Source of the DNA: Candidatus Nealsonbacteria bacterium
GTDB taxonomy: Bacteria; Patescibacteriota; Minisyncoccia; Minisyncoccales; JANBVM01
Assembly (NCBI GenBank): GCA_047456295.1
Contig: CP179887.1
Location: 367,159 to 431,158, forward strand
Reading direction: 5' to 3'
Length of the DNA: 64,000 bases
Position 1 is the stretch's first letter. Each line of letters begins with the position of its first letter. The notes below the pieces were generated by a model, which saw only the letters and a program-made list of their open reading frames with translations, had not been told where the DNA came from and searched no databases. Position numbers and translations under genes: made by a program. Positions 1 through 8,173 of the stretch are shown here, in pieces.

Positions 1-83
1 TAAAAGAAAGACAGAGAAACAACAGGATTTTGGATTTTGTCATAACAATTTGACAAAACTTCTGGCTTTACGTCTTAGTTTTC

Positions 84-794
84 TTATCTCACCTGACAGA
101 CATCAAAAAAAGGAGAAATTGCTTTTTGAATCTCCAAGAGATATTCCTGGGGGTAGGCCTTTTTGTTTTCGAATGCAGGATCAATTGTTTTTTCTGCCCT
201 GAAACTTTGCAAAAAATATTTTTGAGCAGGTTTAATCCAGTGAACAATCTTCAAAATATCTTGTTTTTCAAGCAACCCGGGAACAACAGTAGTCCTGAAT
301 TCAAAATCAAGGTCTGATTTTTTTAAAATATTAATGCTTTTTTCAATATTTCTTAACATTATGTCAGTCCAGCCATCCATCATTCCAACAACCTTTCCAT
401 ATTTTTCTCTGGGAGCCTTAATATCCATTGCCACATAGTCTATTAATTTTTTATCTATCATTTTTTTCAGCATCCCGGGGTTTGAACCATTGGTATCTAG
501 TTTTACCAGGTATCCTGATTTTTTAATTTTTTTAATAAAGGATGGCAAATCTTTATTGACGGTCGGCTCTCCCCCGCAAATTACTATGCCTTCCAATAAT
601 TTCTTTCTGTCTTTTAAAAAATCAAAAAACTCTTTTTTTGAAATCTGGGGTTGGTCCTTAATCTTTTGGGGCAATACCAGCTCTGATGAATAACAAAAAG
701 GACAGCGGAAATTACATCCTGCCAAAAAAACAGTGCCAGCCAAACGACCAGGAAAATCAATGATGGTAAGTTTTTGAAGGCCGCCAATCTTCAT
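84..794 (-). CDS. nrdG: Anaerobic ribonucleoside-triphosphate reductase activating protein (radical SAM)
   Basis: Radical SAM CX3CX2C motif CNFRCPFC and GGEPT motif; lies directly downstream of nrdD. The ORF-track start at 821 is a TTG; the ATG at 794 lies 1 nt after the nrdD stop and is preferred. Confidence 0.85.
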   Translation of the reverse strand: MKIGGLQKLTIIDFPGRLAGTVFLAGCNFRCPFCYSSELVLPQKIKDQPQISKKEFFDFLKDRKKLLEGIVICGGEPTVNKDLPSFIKKIKKSGYLVKLDTNGSNPGMLKKMIDKKLIDYVAMDIKAPREKYGKVVGMMDGWTDIMLRNIEKSINILKKSDLDFEFRTTVVPGLLEKQDILKIVHWIKPAQKYFLQSFRAEKTIDPAFENKKAYPQEYLLEIQKAISPFFDVCQVR

Positions 795-795
795 T

Positions 796-3700
796 TTAGG
801 TTTTTTTAACTCCCAAACCAAAGCCTGATGCCAATTTTCTGATTTTAAATTCCTTTCTCTCTTTGAACTCCTGTTTTTTCCCGATATTCCATTCCTGAAC
901 CGGTCTCAAATAACCAACAATCCTTGAGTAAACCTCACAGGGTTGTTTAATAGTGCACTTAGGACAGAAAAAGTGTTCTCCCTCTAAATAACCGTGAACC
1001 GGACAGATTGAGAAGGTGGGGGTTAAAGTAATGTATGGCAAATGGAAATTCTCAAAAACTTTCTTGATTAGATTCTTAACATTCTGGATTTCAGAAATGC
1101 GCTCGCCTAAAAACAGGTGCAAAACAGTATTATGAATAAACACCAAGCAGTTCTTTCCAGCCAGATAATTGTGATTCTTCTTTGTCATTAAATCGTAAAA
1201 CTGATTATCTCTTACGTCAACCTTAGAGACTTCTTTTACTCTAATTACTGGGAGATAACGTTTTTTTCTGTTTGATAAATCGTTTTTGATTTTTGAGGGA
1301 TTAATCGTAAGGATTAATTTTTCTTTTATCCTGGTTGCTTCATAGGTGGGAATCCTTAACCGAAATCCATCTACTTCATTGCTTCTTTTGGTGGGTTTTT
1401 CGAATTTTGAAACCATGATACCAGCTGTAGTACAAACTTCTAAAATATCTTCTGCTAACCTGGCAGAAACAGTAAAATATTCTATATCGCCATTTCTTTT
1501 TAATATATCTCCATCACTGTCGATTAATCCGCTCAAAAGAGCAAAGACATTAGCGTTGGTAATGTTTTCTTTCACCTTTTTAGGAATAGAAACATCATAG
1601 ACCTTCTCCCCTGCCTTAAATCCGTATTTAAAGAAAAACTTCCAAACTTCTTTTTTAGAAGTAGAAACCTCTTTTAAAACCTTGCTCCTTTTATCATTAT
1701 TAATTACTTTAACATTACAACCAAAATACTTGTTGAGTATTTGAACTATTTTTTCTAAAGATTTCTGATGTCTGCTAAAGAAGCGTAATTTATATCTTTT
1801 CAAGTTATTTCCTCCTCTATTATCAATAAATTTTGAAAGGCAACCATCACCAATAAAAAATCCGATAAGCCACATTAAATCATCATTTAGCTCTGTGGGG
1901 TGAGCTAAATATAAATTGGTAGAATTTTGTAAAATATAATCGCCGAATTTCAACTCATCTGCTCTCTTTTCCACTACCCTATATTTTGGCATTGCCCGAT
2001 ATCTTATCTGGCAATCTGAATTCCACTTTAAATGGACAGCGAAACCCTTGATATTTCCTACTCTTTCTTTACAAACAGGGCAACTGGGGTTAACCTTGAC
2101 TTTCTCTAAAACAAAGAAAGGATGCCAATCAGAAGTAGTAATATCTAAATTTCTTTCTCCTTTTATCCTGATTTTATTGTGTCTTTTAACATCAATCTTC
2201 ACTGCTTTTAAAATTTCGTCCCATTCACCTGCTTTTTTCTCCTGGTTATAACTCAAAGCCTTAATAGGTCTTAATCTGCCAAAATTTTCTACAATGTACT
2301 CTATTGGTATTAATCCTTTATCGGTCAATACCTTGTTTCCTTTTTCAATACATCCCCCCGTATACTTACACTGGGCTTTATCCTGGAGCTTTAAGGCTTC
2401 AAAGGCATCAGTGGTATGATTTACAGGTAATTGGGTTGAGTTGGTGTAGTAAGGCACCTTTTTTGTTCCAGCTGTAATGATGTCTGGATAATTCTTTCTG
2501 TCTTTTAGGGCTAAACGATAAGCAGTAGATTCAGCTGGAGTGGCTTCCAGATTATATATGTTTCCTGTCTCTTTTTGATATTTCACCAATCTTTCTCTCA
2601 TGAAATCCATTACCTCCAAAGTAAACCTCTGTCCTCTTTTTGAACCAATGTTATCTCCGATGAAATTCAAAAGGGCTTCGTTCATTCCAACCAGACCTAT
2701 GGTTGAAAAATGGTTATCGTAATACCTGTCTCTCATTTTCTTTATGCCCTCTAAATAGTGTCTTGAATAAGGATACAAACCTTTTGTTATAAAATTCTCC
2801 AGCACCTTTCTTTTTATTTCCAGACTTTCTTTTGCCAGATCCATTACCTTTATTAATCTCTTAAAGAAATCTTTTTTTGTCTTTGACAGATAACCGATCC
2901 TGGGAAGATTGATGGTAACCACCCCGACGCTGCCTGTGAGGGCGCCTGAACCAAACAATCCTCCTCCTCCTCGATTATGAAGTTCTTTTAAACTTAATCT
3001 GAGCCTGCAACACATGGATCTCACATCCTCTGGATTCATTTCAGAATTAATGTAATTTGCAAAATAATTAGTGCCGTACTTTGCCGAAGCTTTAAAAATT
3101 AAATCAAAAGCTGGATCATCCCAGGGAAAGTCTTTAGTAATATTTATGGTAGGAATAGGAAAATGAAATGGTCTTCCGCTCTTATCTCCATCCAACATTA
3201 TTTCATAAAAAGCTTTGTTAAAAGTCCTCATCTCTTCTTCAAACTCACTATAAGTTTCTTTCTGGGGTTTTCCTCCAATAATCACTGGCTGTTTAGCAAA
3301 GGCAGGAGAAGGTTTCAAATCTAAAGTAATATTAGAAAAAGGACACTGAAAACCTACTCTGGTAGGAACAGCCATGTTGTATAAAAATTCCTGGAAAGCC
3401 TGCTTTACTTGTTTGTAATTTAGGTTGTCATAACGAATGAAAGGAGCTAAAAGAGTGTCAAAATTTGAAAAAGCAACAGCTCCAGCTACCTCGCCTTGAA
3501 GAGTATACAAAAAATTTACTATCTGACCTAAAACTACCCTGAAATGTTTTGGTGGCTTTGATTCTATTTTACTTGAAACCCCGCCAAACCCCCTAAGCAA
3601 AAGGTCGTAAAGATCCCATCCCATACAATAGCAAGCAAGGCTGTCTAAATTATGAATATGAAAATCTCCTGACTCAAGAGCTTCTCTTATTTCTTTTGGA

Positions 3701-4167
3701 TAGATTTTATTCAACCAATATCTCTTAATAATGTAAGAGACGCCATAGTGGTTTAATCCCTGAAGAGAAAATGCCATGTTGGCATTCTCCTGAACCTCCC
3801 AGTCCAATCTTCCCAGATAATTGTCGATCCTCTCCACTGCTTCCTCGCTCACCGCTACAGCTTCCCTTATCCTTCTCCTTTGCTCCCTGTATAAAATAAA
3901 GGCTTTGGCAGTATCTACCAAGCCTTCTAATATCAAAACTTCCTCTATAATATCCTGAATCTGTTCAACACCAGGAATCTCCTCTTTTTTGAACCTTCGG
4001 CTTAAGAGCTGGACTACCTTATCAGACAGTTTTTTCGATTTCCTGCCGTCACCCTGACCAGTGGCAGTGATGGCTTTGTAAATAGCGTCTGAAATTCTCT
4101 TCTGGTCAAAATCTGCAATTGTCTTATCTCTTTTTTGAACTTTGGTAATTTTATTTTTAAGCATCAT
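796..4167 (-). CDS. nrdD: Anaerobic (class III) ribonucleoside-triphosphate reductase, intein-containing precursor
   Basis: N-terminal ATP-cone (KRDKTIADFDQKRISDAIYKAI), class III RNR core, C-terminal Zn ribbon (CPVHG...CPKC) and glycyl-radical motif SRIVGYLRP. An in-frame intein occupies residues 606-1013. Confidence 0.92.
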   Translation of the reverse strand: MMLKNKITKVQKRDKTIADFDQKRISDAIYKAITATGQGDGRKSKKLSDKVVQLLSRRFKKEEIPGVEQIQDIIEEVLILEGLVDTAKAFILYREQRRRIREAVAVSEEAVERIDNYLGRLDWEVQENANMAFSLQGLNHYGVSYIIKRYWLNKIYPKEIREALESGDFHIHNLDSLACYCMGWDLYDLLLRGFGGVSSKIESKPPKHFRVVLGQIVNFLYTLQGEVAGAVAFSNFDTLLAPFIRYDNLNYKQVKQAFQEFLYNMAVPTRVGFQCPFSNITLDLKPSPAFAKQPVIIGGKPQKETYSEFEEEMRTFNKAFYEIMLDGDKSGRPFHFPIPTINITKDFPWDDPAFDLIFKASAKYGTNYFANYINSEMNPEDVRSMCCRLRLSLKELHNRGGGGLFGSGALTGSVGVVTINLPRIGYLSKTKKDFFKRLIKVMDLAKESLEIKRKVLENFITKGLYPYSRHYLEGIKKMRDRYYDNHFSTIGLVGMNEALLNFIGDNIGSKRGQRFTLEVMDFMRERLVKYQKETGNIYNLEATPAESTAYRLALKDRKNYPDIITAGTKKVPYYTNSTQLPVNHTTDAFEALKLQDKAQCKYTGGCIEKGNKVLTDKGLIPIEYIVENFGRLRPIKALSYNQEKKAGEWDEILKAVKIDVKRHNKIRIKGERNLDITTSDWHPFFVLEKVKVNPSCPVCKERVGNIKGFAVHLKWNSDCQIRYRAMPKYRVVEKRADELKFGDYILQNSTNLYLAHPTELNDDLMWLIGFFIGDGCLSKFIDNRGGNNLKRYKLRFFSRHQKSLEKIVQILNKYFGCNVKVINNDKRSKVLKEVSTSKKEVWKFFFKYGFKAGEKVYDVSIPKKVKENITNANVFALLSGLIDSDGDILKRNGDIEYFTVSARLAEDILEVCTTAGIMVSKFEKPTKRSNEVDGFRLRIPTYEATRIKEKLILTINPSKIKNDLSNRKKRYLPVIRVKEVSKVDVRDNQFYDLMTKKNHNYLAGKNCLVFIHNTVLHLFLGERISEIQNVKNLIKKVFENFHLPYITLTPTFSICPVHGYLEGEHFFCPKCTIKQPCEVYSRIVGYLRPVQEWNIGKKQEFKERKEFKIRKLASGFGLGVKKT
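1129..2352 (-). mobile_element. Intein with LAGLIDADG homing-endonuclease domain inside NrdD (408 aa)
   Basis: N-terminal splice junction ...KYTGG|CIEKGNKVLTDKG and C-terminal junction ...CLVFIHN|TVLHLFLGE (terminal His-Asn, +1 Thr). Two LAGLIDADG motifs (LIGFFIGDGC, LLSGLIDSDGD). Codon positions were computed from the sequence and are in frame with nrdD. Confidence 0.9.
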
Positions 4168-4172
4168 ACTTT

Positions 4173-4200
4173 ATTTTATATGAAAAAAAAATTGGGTCAA
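4173..4200 (-). promoter_or_regulatory. Sigma70-like promoter of nrdDG (TTGACC-16 nt-TAAAAT), -10 ends 5 nt before the ATG
   Basis: Minus strand reads TTGACCcaatttttttttcataTAAAATaaagtATGATG. No Shine-Dalgarno fits in the 5 nt gap, suggesting a leaderless mRNA. Confidence 0.5.
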
Positions 4201-4342
4201 ACCCAATTAGAATCGGCTTCAAATTAGAGTTATCCACAGGGACTCGTAGATGATTTTTGAACGTTTAGGTAAACAGATTTTATTGAAAACTCAAACACTT
4301 CCTTAAAAGATCTAAAGAATCATTAGAATTTAGCTTAGAAAT

Positions 4343-4370
4343 AAAAAAAAACCGAGAACAAGACTCTCGG
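4343..4370 (-). terminator. Rho-independent terminator after ftsZ
   Basis: Minus strand CCGAGAGtcttgTTCTCGG followed by a run of nine T, 25 nt after the ftsZ stop. Confidence 0.7.
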
Positions 4371-4394
4371 ACTGGATGTGTCGCTCAGCTAAAA

Positions 4395-5324
4395 TTAGAA
4401 ACCAGTAACAATAACAGTTACCTTTATTTCTCCTTTCTTTAATCTCTCACTCTGGGCAGCTCCAAAGATTACCTTGGCCCTGGGATTAACTTCTTTGGTA
4501 ATGATTCTGCCTATTTCTTCAATCTCAGAAAGGGCAATGTCTTCACCAGAAACATTAAATAAAACTCCTCTTGCTCCTCTGGGGGTCGAATCCAGGAATG
4601 GAGAATTAAGAGCAAGACCTACAGCTTCTTCAGCTCTTTTTTCACCCTGGCTCTTGCCTATTCCAAAGAGAGCTGTACCTGAATTTTTAAGAATGGATCT
4701 CACATCAGCAAAATCAACGTTCACTATTCCTGGAAGTAAAATCAAATCTGAAATTCCTCTTACTGCCTCTCTTAAAATATCATCGCAAACCCAAAAGGCA
4801 TTAAGGAGCGGGGTTTCGGGATTGAGTTCTTCAAACAGTTTATCGTTTTTAATCACCACTAAAGCATCAACCTTTTCTTTCAATAAATCCCTGCTGGCTT
4901 CAGCAATCCTTCTTCTATAAGCGCCTTCAAAAGAAAAAGGAAGGGTTACTATGGCCACGGTCAGGGCTCCTGACTTTTTTGATATATCAGCCACAACAGG
5001 AGCTGCCCCGCTGCCTGTTCCTCCGCCCAAGCCTCCGGTAATAAAAACCATGTCTGCTCCTTTTAAAACTTCAGAAATATCTTTTTTGCTCTGTTTGGCT
5101 GCAGCTGCCCCAATCTCAGGTTTCATTCCAGTTCCCAGTCCCTGGGTTATATCCTCTCCAATCTTTAATTTTATATCAGCTCTGGTTTTTCCCAGATCCT
5201 GATAATCCGTATTTATGGCAATCAATTCTACGCCTTCAATTCTGGATTTCCTCATCCTCAAAACAGCATTTCCGCCTGAACCTCCCACTCCCACTACCTT
5301 GATTCTGGTGCCAATTTTTTTCAT
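4395..5324 (-). CDS. ftsZ: Cell division protein FtsZ (core only, no C-terminal linker/tail)
   Basis: Tubulin signature GGLGGGTGSGAAPV and NTDYQDL. The ORF ends at ...KVTVIVTGF, at the end of the globular core. ATGA overlap with the ftsA stop. Confidence 0.92.
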   Translation of the reverse strand: MKKIGTRIKVVGVGGSGGNAVLRMRKSRIEGVELIAINTDYQDLGKTRADIKLKIGEDITQGLGTGMKPEIGAAAAKQSKKDISEVLKGADMVFITGGLGGGTGSGAAPVVADISKKSGALTVAIVTLPFSFEGAYRRRIAEASRDLLKEKVDALVVIKNDKLFEELNPETPLLNAFWVCDDILREAVRGISDLILLPGIVNVDFADVRSILKNSGTALFGIGKSQGEKRAEEAVGLALNSPFLDSTPRGARGVLFNVSGEDIALSEIEEIGRIITKEVNPRAKVIFGAAQSERLKKGEIKVTVIVTGF

Positions 5325-6529
5325 GGAATAAAAATCTTAAACATTTTTTTTATTTTGGAAACCGTTTTCCTGCCAAATTCAAAACCTTGCTCTTTTCCCT
5401 CCAAATCAGCTCCCATTAAAACCAGACCGCAGACAGTGGCCAAACCCAAATCTTCTTCCATTCCCGAGATTCCTTTCGGTCTTCCCAGACGGACAGGTAA
5501 ATGAAATTTATTTTTAGCCAATGCCACTATCCTGGGGAGTTTTGCTCCACCGCCTGTCAAAACTATGCCGGCTGGCAGCAGTTTTTCTTTTGAAATGCTT
5601 TTTAATTTTTTATTAGCTTCTTCAAATATCTCTGAAACCCTGTCTGAAGTAATCTTTGTCAAGAATCTCTGGGAGAAAACCAAAGGTTCATCCTCTCCAA
5701 TATTGATTCTCCGTTTAACATCCTTTCCTTTCAAAACACAGGATCCATACTCAATCTTTATCCTTTCTGCTATGTCAATATCTGTTTTTAAACCAATGGC
5801 AATATCATTGGTGATGTTGCTGGAACCCATGGGCAATACTGTTAAATATATTAAATTCCCTTCTTCAAAAACAGCCAGACTGGTAATTCCAGCTCCAATA
5901 TCCAATAAGGCTACCCCCAGCTCTTTTTGTCTTTCTGTTAAAACTGCCCGGGAAGCTGCTATTGAAGAAGGCATCATGTCTAAAATCTCCAGATTGGAAT
6001 TTAAAACTGCCTGTCTAATGTTTTCTAAATAAGGAGAAAATCCTCCTAAAGCCAGAACCTCTACCTCCAGCCTTACCCCCTGAAGACCAAGGGGGTCTTT
6101 TATTCCTTTTTCTCCATCAACAATAAACTCTTTGGGAAAAACATCAAAAATCTCCTTGTTGGAAGACAGATTGATAGCTCGGGCAGCCTGTAAAACCCTT
6201 TGAATATCTTCTTCAGATATCTTCTGGTCTGCCCGGGAAACAGAAATTAATCCCCGGGAAGGAACAGAAAAAAGATGGCTTCCATTGAGATTAACGTATA
6301 TTGAACTAATTCTCCGGCGTAAATTCTGTGACTTTCTCGAGAAAAGATCCTTAAAAAGATTAGAAAGCTTTTCAACATTAACCACTGTTCCCCTTCTGAC
6401 CCCTTCTGAGGTTTCTTCAATCTTTGAAACCAATTCCAATCTTTCTTCTTTTAGATTCTGCTTAACTGTCAAAATCTTAACATTTGATGTCCCAATATCC
6501 AAACCTGTTATGAATTTTTCTTTTGCCAT
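5321..6529 (-). CDS. ftsA: Cell division protein FtsA
   Basis: Actin-like ATPase motifs (GLDIGTSNVK, LDIGAGITS, VLTGGGAKLP), C-terminal amphipathic tail SKIKKMFKIFIP, located upstream of ftsZ. Confidence 0.9.
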   Translation of the reverse strand: MAKEKFITGLDIGTSNVKILTVKQNLKEERLELVSKIEETSEGVRRGTVVNVEKLSNLFKDLFSRKSQNLRRRISSIYVNLNGSHLFSVPSRGLISVSRADQKISEEDIQRVLQAARAINLSSNKEIFDVFPKEFIVDGEKGIKDPLGLQGVRLEVEVLALGGFSPYLENIRQAVLNSNLEILDMMPSSIAASRAVLTERQKELGVALLDIGAGITSLAVFEEGNLIYLTVLPMGSSNITNDIAIGLKTDIDIAERIKIEYGSCVLKGKDVKRRINIGEDEPLVFSQRFLTKITSDRVSEIFEEANKKLKSISKEKLLPAGIVLTGGGAKLPRIVALAKNKFHLPVRLGRPKGISGMEEDLGLATVCGLVLMGADLEGKEQGFEFGRKTVSKIKKMFKIFIP

Positions 6530-6561
6530 TTTAGTTAGATTTTTCCTTCACTTTCCTATTT

Positions 6562-7008
6562 TTATTTAGATTTAACAAAATATTTATCTAGATAATAATT
6601 TTCTTTTTCTTCCATTTTTTCAGCTTCCCTGACTGATTTTTCGTGATTATAACCCAGCAGGTGCAATATTCCGTGAATCAAAACCTGGCACAGCTCTTTT
6701 TCAAACGGAGAATTAAACTTCCTGGCGTTTTTTTTTACCACCTGAGGACATATTACAATCTCTCCCAGAACATCATCTCCAGTTTTGAATTTCTTTTTTA
6801 AATACTTTGTTTCAGGAAAAGCCAATACGTCAGTGGCTTGATCTTTCCCCAGATATCTTTTGTTTAATTGCCTTATCTCTTTTTCCTTGATTAAAGCTAC
6901 TGACAATTTTGCTTTTTTCTTATTCTCTTTTTCTAAAACCTTCTGGCCGACTTTTTTAAAAAAATCTTTGTCTATTGAAGCAGAGGTTAAATTATTAATT
7001 TCTATCAT
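6562..7008 (-). CDS. ybeY: rRNA maturation endoribonuclease YbeY
   Basis: Metal-binding motif HGILHLLGYNH; typical size. Confidence 0.88.
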   Translation of the reverse strand: MIEINNLTSASIDKDFFKKVGQKVLEKENKKKAKLSVALIKEKEIRQLNKRYLGKDQATDVLAFPETKYLKKKFKTGDDVLGEIVICPQVVKKNARKFNSPFEKELCQVLIHGILHLLGYNHEKSVREAEKMEEKENYYLDKYFVKSK

Positions 7009-7505
7009 GATTGAGAAAGCATGTCTTTGACTATTTTTGAAACTAAACTACCTTCTGCTCTTCCTTTTATCTTTGGCATCAATTCAGACATCACTCTTCC
7101 CATGTCTTTAATATCGCTAGCTCCCATCTTTTCAATAACTTCTGATGCCATGTTTTTTATCTCTTGTTCTGGAATCTGCTCTGGTAAATATCTTTTTAAA
7201 ATCTCAATCTCTTGTTTTTCTTTCTTGACCAAATCATCTCTTTTCCCTTTTTCAAAACCAGAAATTGCTTCTTTGTTCTTTTTGATATTTGAAAGAATAA
7301 CATTTAAAATCTCTTCATTAATTAAGGAACTCTTTTTTTCCAACTCCTTTTCACTTAAATCTGTTTTCTCTCTGCTTAAATGATATCTTTTTTCCTTTTC
7401 TTTATTTAATATATCAGCTTTCAGCATCCTCAAGACAGAAACCTCAATTTGTTTTTTTTCCTTTAATGCTTGTTTAAAATCTGTTTCAATTTTCTTTTTC
7501 AGCAT
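7005..7505 (-). CDS. GatB/YqeY domain-containing protein
   Basis: N-terminal KQALKEKKQIEVSVLRMLKADI and C-terminal GRAEGSLVSKIVKDML pattern typical of YqeY; rpsU-yqeY-ybeY gene order. Confidence 0.75.
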   Translation of the reverse strand: MLKKKIETDFKQALKEKKQIEVSVLRMLKADILNKEKEKRYHLSREKTDLSEKELEKKSSLINEEILNVILSNIKKNKEAISGFEKGKRDDLVKKEKQEIEILKRYLPEQIPEQEIKNMASEVIEKMGASDIKDMGRVMSELMPKIKGRAEGSLVSKIVKDMLSQS

Positions 7506-7507
7506 AT

Positions 7508-7729
7508 TTAGTAAGTCTTTTGTCCCAGTTTTTTCATTTTCTCATACTCTTTTCTTTTTTCCTCTCTTCTCAAGGCGGCTCTCCTCTTTAACTGTTTTGA
7601 CCTTTTTCTTTTTCTGTACACCGACTTTCTTGCCCTAATCAAAAGCCCGCTATTTCTAACCCTTCTGGTAAAGCGGCGGATCAAACTCTGGGAATTTTCT
7701 CTTTCTTTTTTTCTTACTTCTAAAGCCAT
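7508..7729 (-). CDS. rpsU: 30S ribosomal protein S21
   Basis: Small highly basic protein; the LIRRFTRRVRNSGLL...YRKRKRSKQLKRR pattern is typical of bS21. Confidence 0.85.
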   Translation of the reverse strand: MALEVRKKERENSQSLIRRFTRRVRNSGLLIRARKSVYRKRKRSKQLKRRAALRREEKRKEYEKMKKLGQKTY

Positions 7730-7773
7730 TTTTTATAATGTTTAAGATTTAAAATTTAGTTTATAATTTTGAA

Positions 7774-8133
7774 TCAGGGCATTCCTGGGATATCCCTGTC
7801 TTTTGTACTCTTCCACCCTGCCAGGAGGTGTAAATGCAAATGATCAATAATCTGCCCTCCTCCTCTGCCGACATTAAATACTAATTTATAACCTTTTTTG
7901 CTTACTTTAATTTTTTCCGCTATCTCTTTGGTGAGCAAAAACATCTTTCCCATTAGTTCTTTGTCTTCCTGGTTTAAATGATTGATTGAAACTATGTGTT
8001 TCTTGGGAATAACCAGGATATGAATTGGGGCTTTAGGTTTAATATCCTTGAAAGCAATAAATTCATCGTCCTGGTAGACTATTTCAGCTGGAACCTCTCC
8101 TTTTGAAATCTTACAAAATATACAATTTTCCAT
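7774..8133 (-). CDS. HIT family (HinT-like) nucleotide hydrolase
   Basis: CIFCKI N-terminus and histidine triad HLHLHLL. The ORF-track start at 8154 is GTG; the ATG at 8133 (MENCIFCKI) matches family N-termini. Confidence 0.85.
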   Translation of the reverse strand: MENCIFCKISKGEVPAEIVYQDDEFIAFKDIKPKAPIHILVIPKKHIVSINHLNQEDKELMGKMFLLTKEIAEKIKVSKKGYKLVFNVGRGGGQIIDHLHLHLLAGWKSTKDRDIPGMP

Positions 8134-8173
8134 AATTTTTGACAAGCTCGGCACAGAACCAAAACTGTTCAGG

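Noticed and set aside
4185-4202. An 18-nt exact repeat AAAAAAATTGGGTCAAAC, also present at 45365-45382, considered as a dispersed mobile repeat or MITE end.
   Set aside because: On the minus strand both copies read TTTGACCCAATTTTTTT and sit at the correct spacing from a TAAAAT -10 box upstream of a gene (nrdD, tRNA). They are better explained as a shared -35/spacer promoter sequence, and no flanking inverted repeats or target duplications were seen.
4230-4238. A perfect DnaA-box consensus TTATCCACA in the ftsZ-nrdD intergenic region, raising the idea of a replication origin or DnaA regulation.
   Set aside because: It is a single box with no cluster of further boxes, no adjacent AT-rich unwinding element pattern and no dnaA or dnaN nearby. 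One 9-mer match is close to chance expectation in 64 kb on two strands.
4474-4920. Antisense ORFs inside well-supported genes: 4474-4920 and 4951-5202 in ftsZ, 5565-6032 in ftsA, 16703-17275, 20975-21355 opposite murA, 39931-40371 opposite the basic protein, 52272-52490 opposite the NUDIX gene, and others in the ORF track.
   Set aside because: They lie entirely opposite strongly recognisable coding sequences, have low-complexity Ser/Leu/Phe/Lys-rich translations typical of antisense frames in AT-rich DNA, and match no recognisable family.
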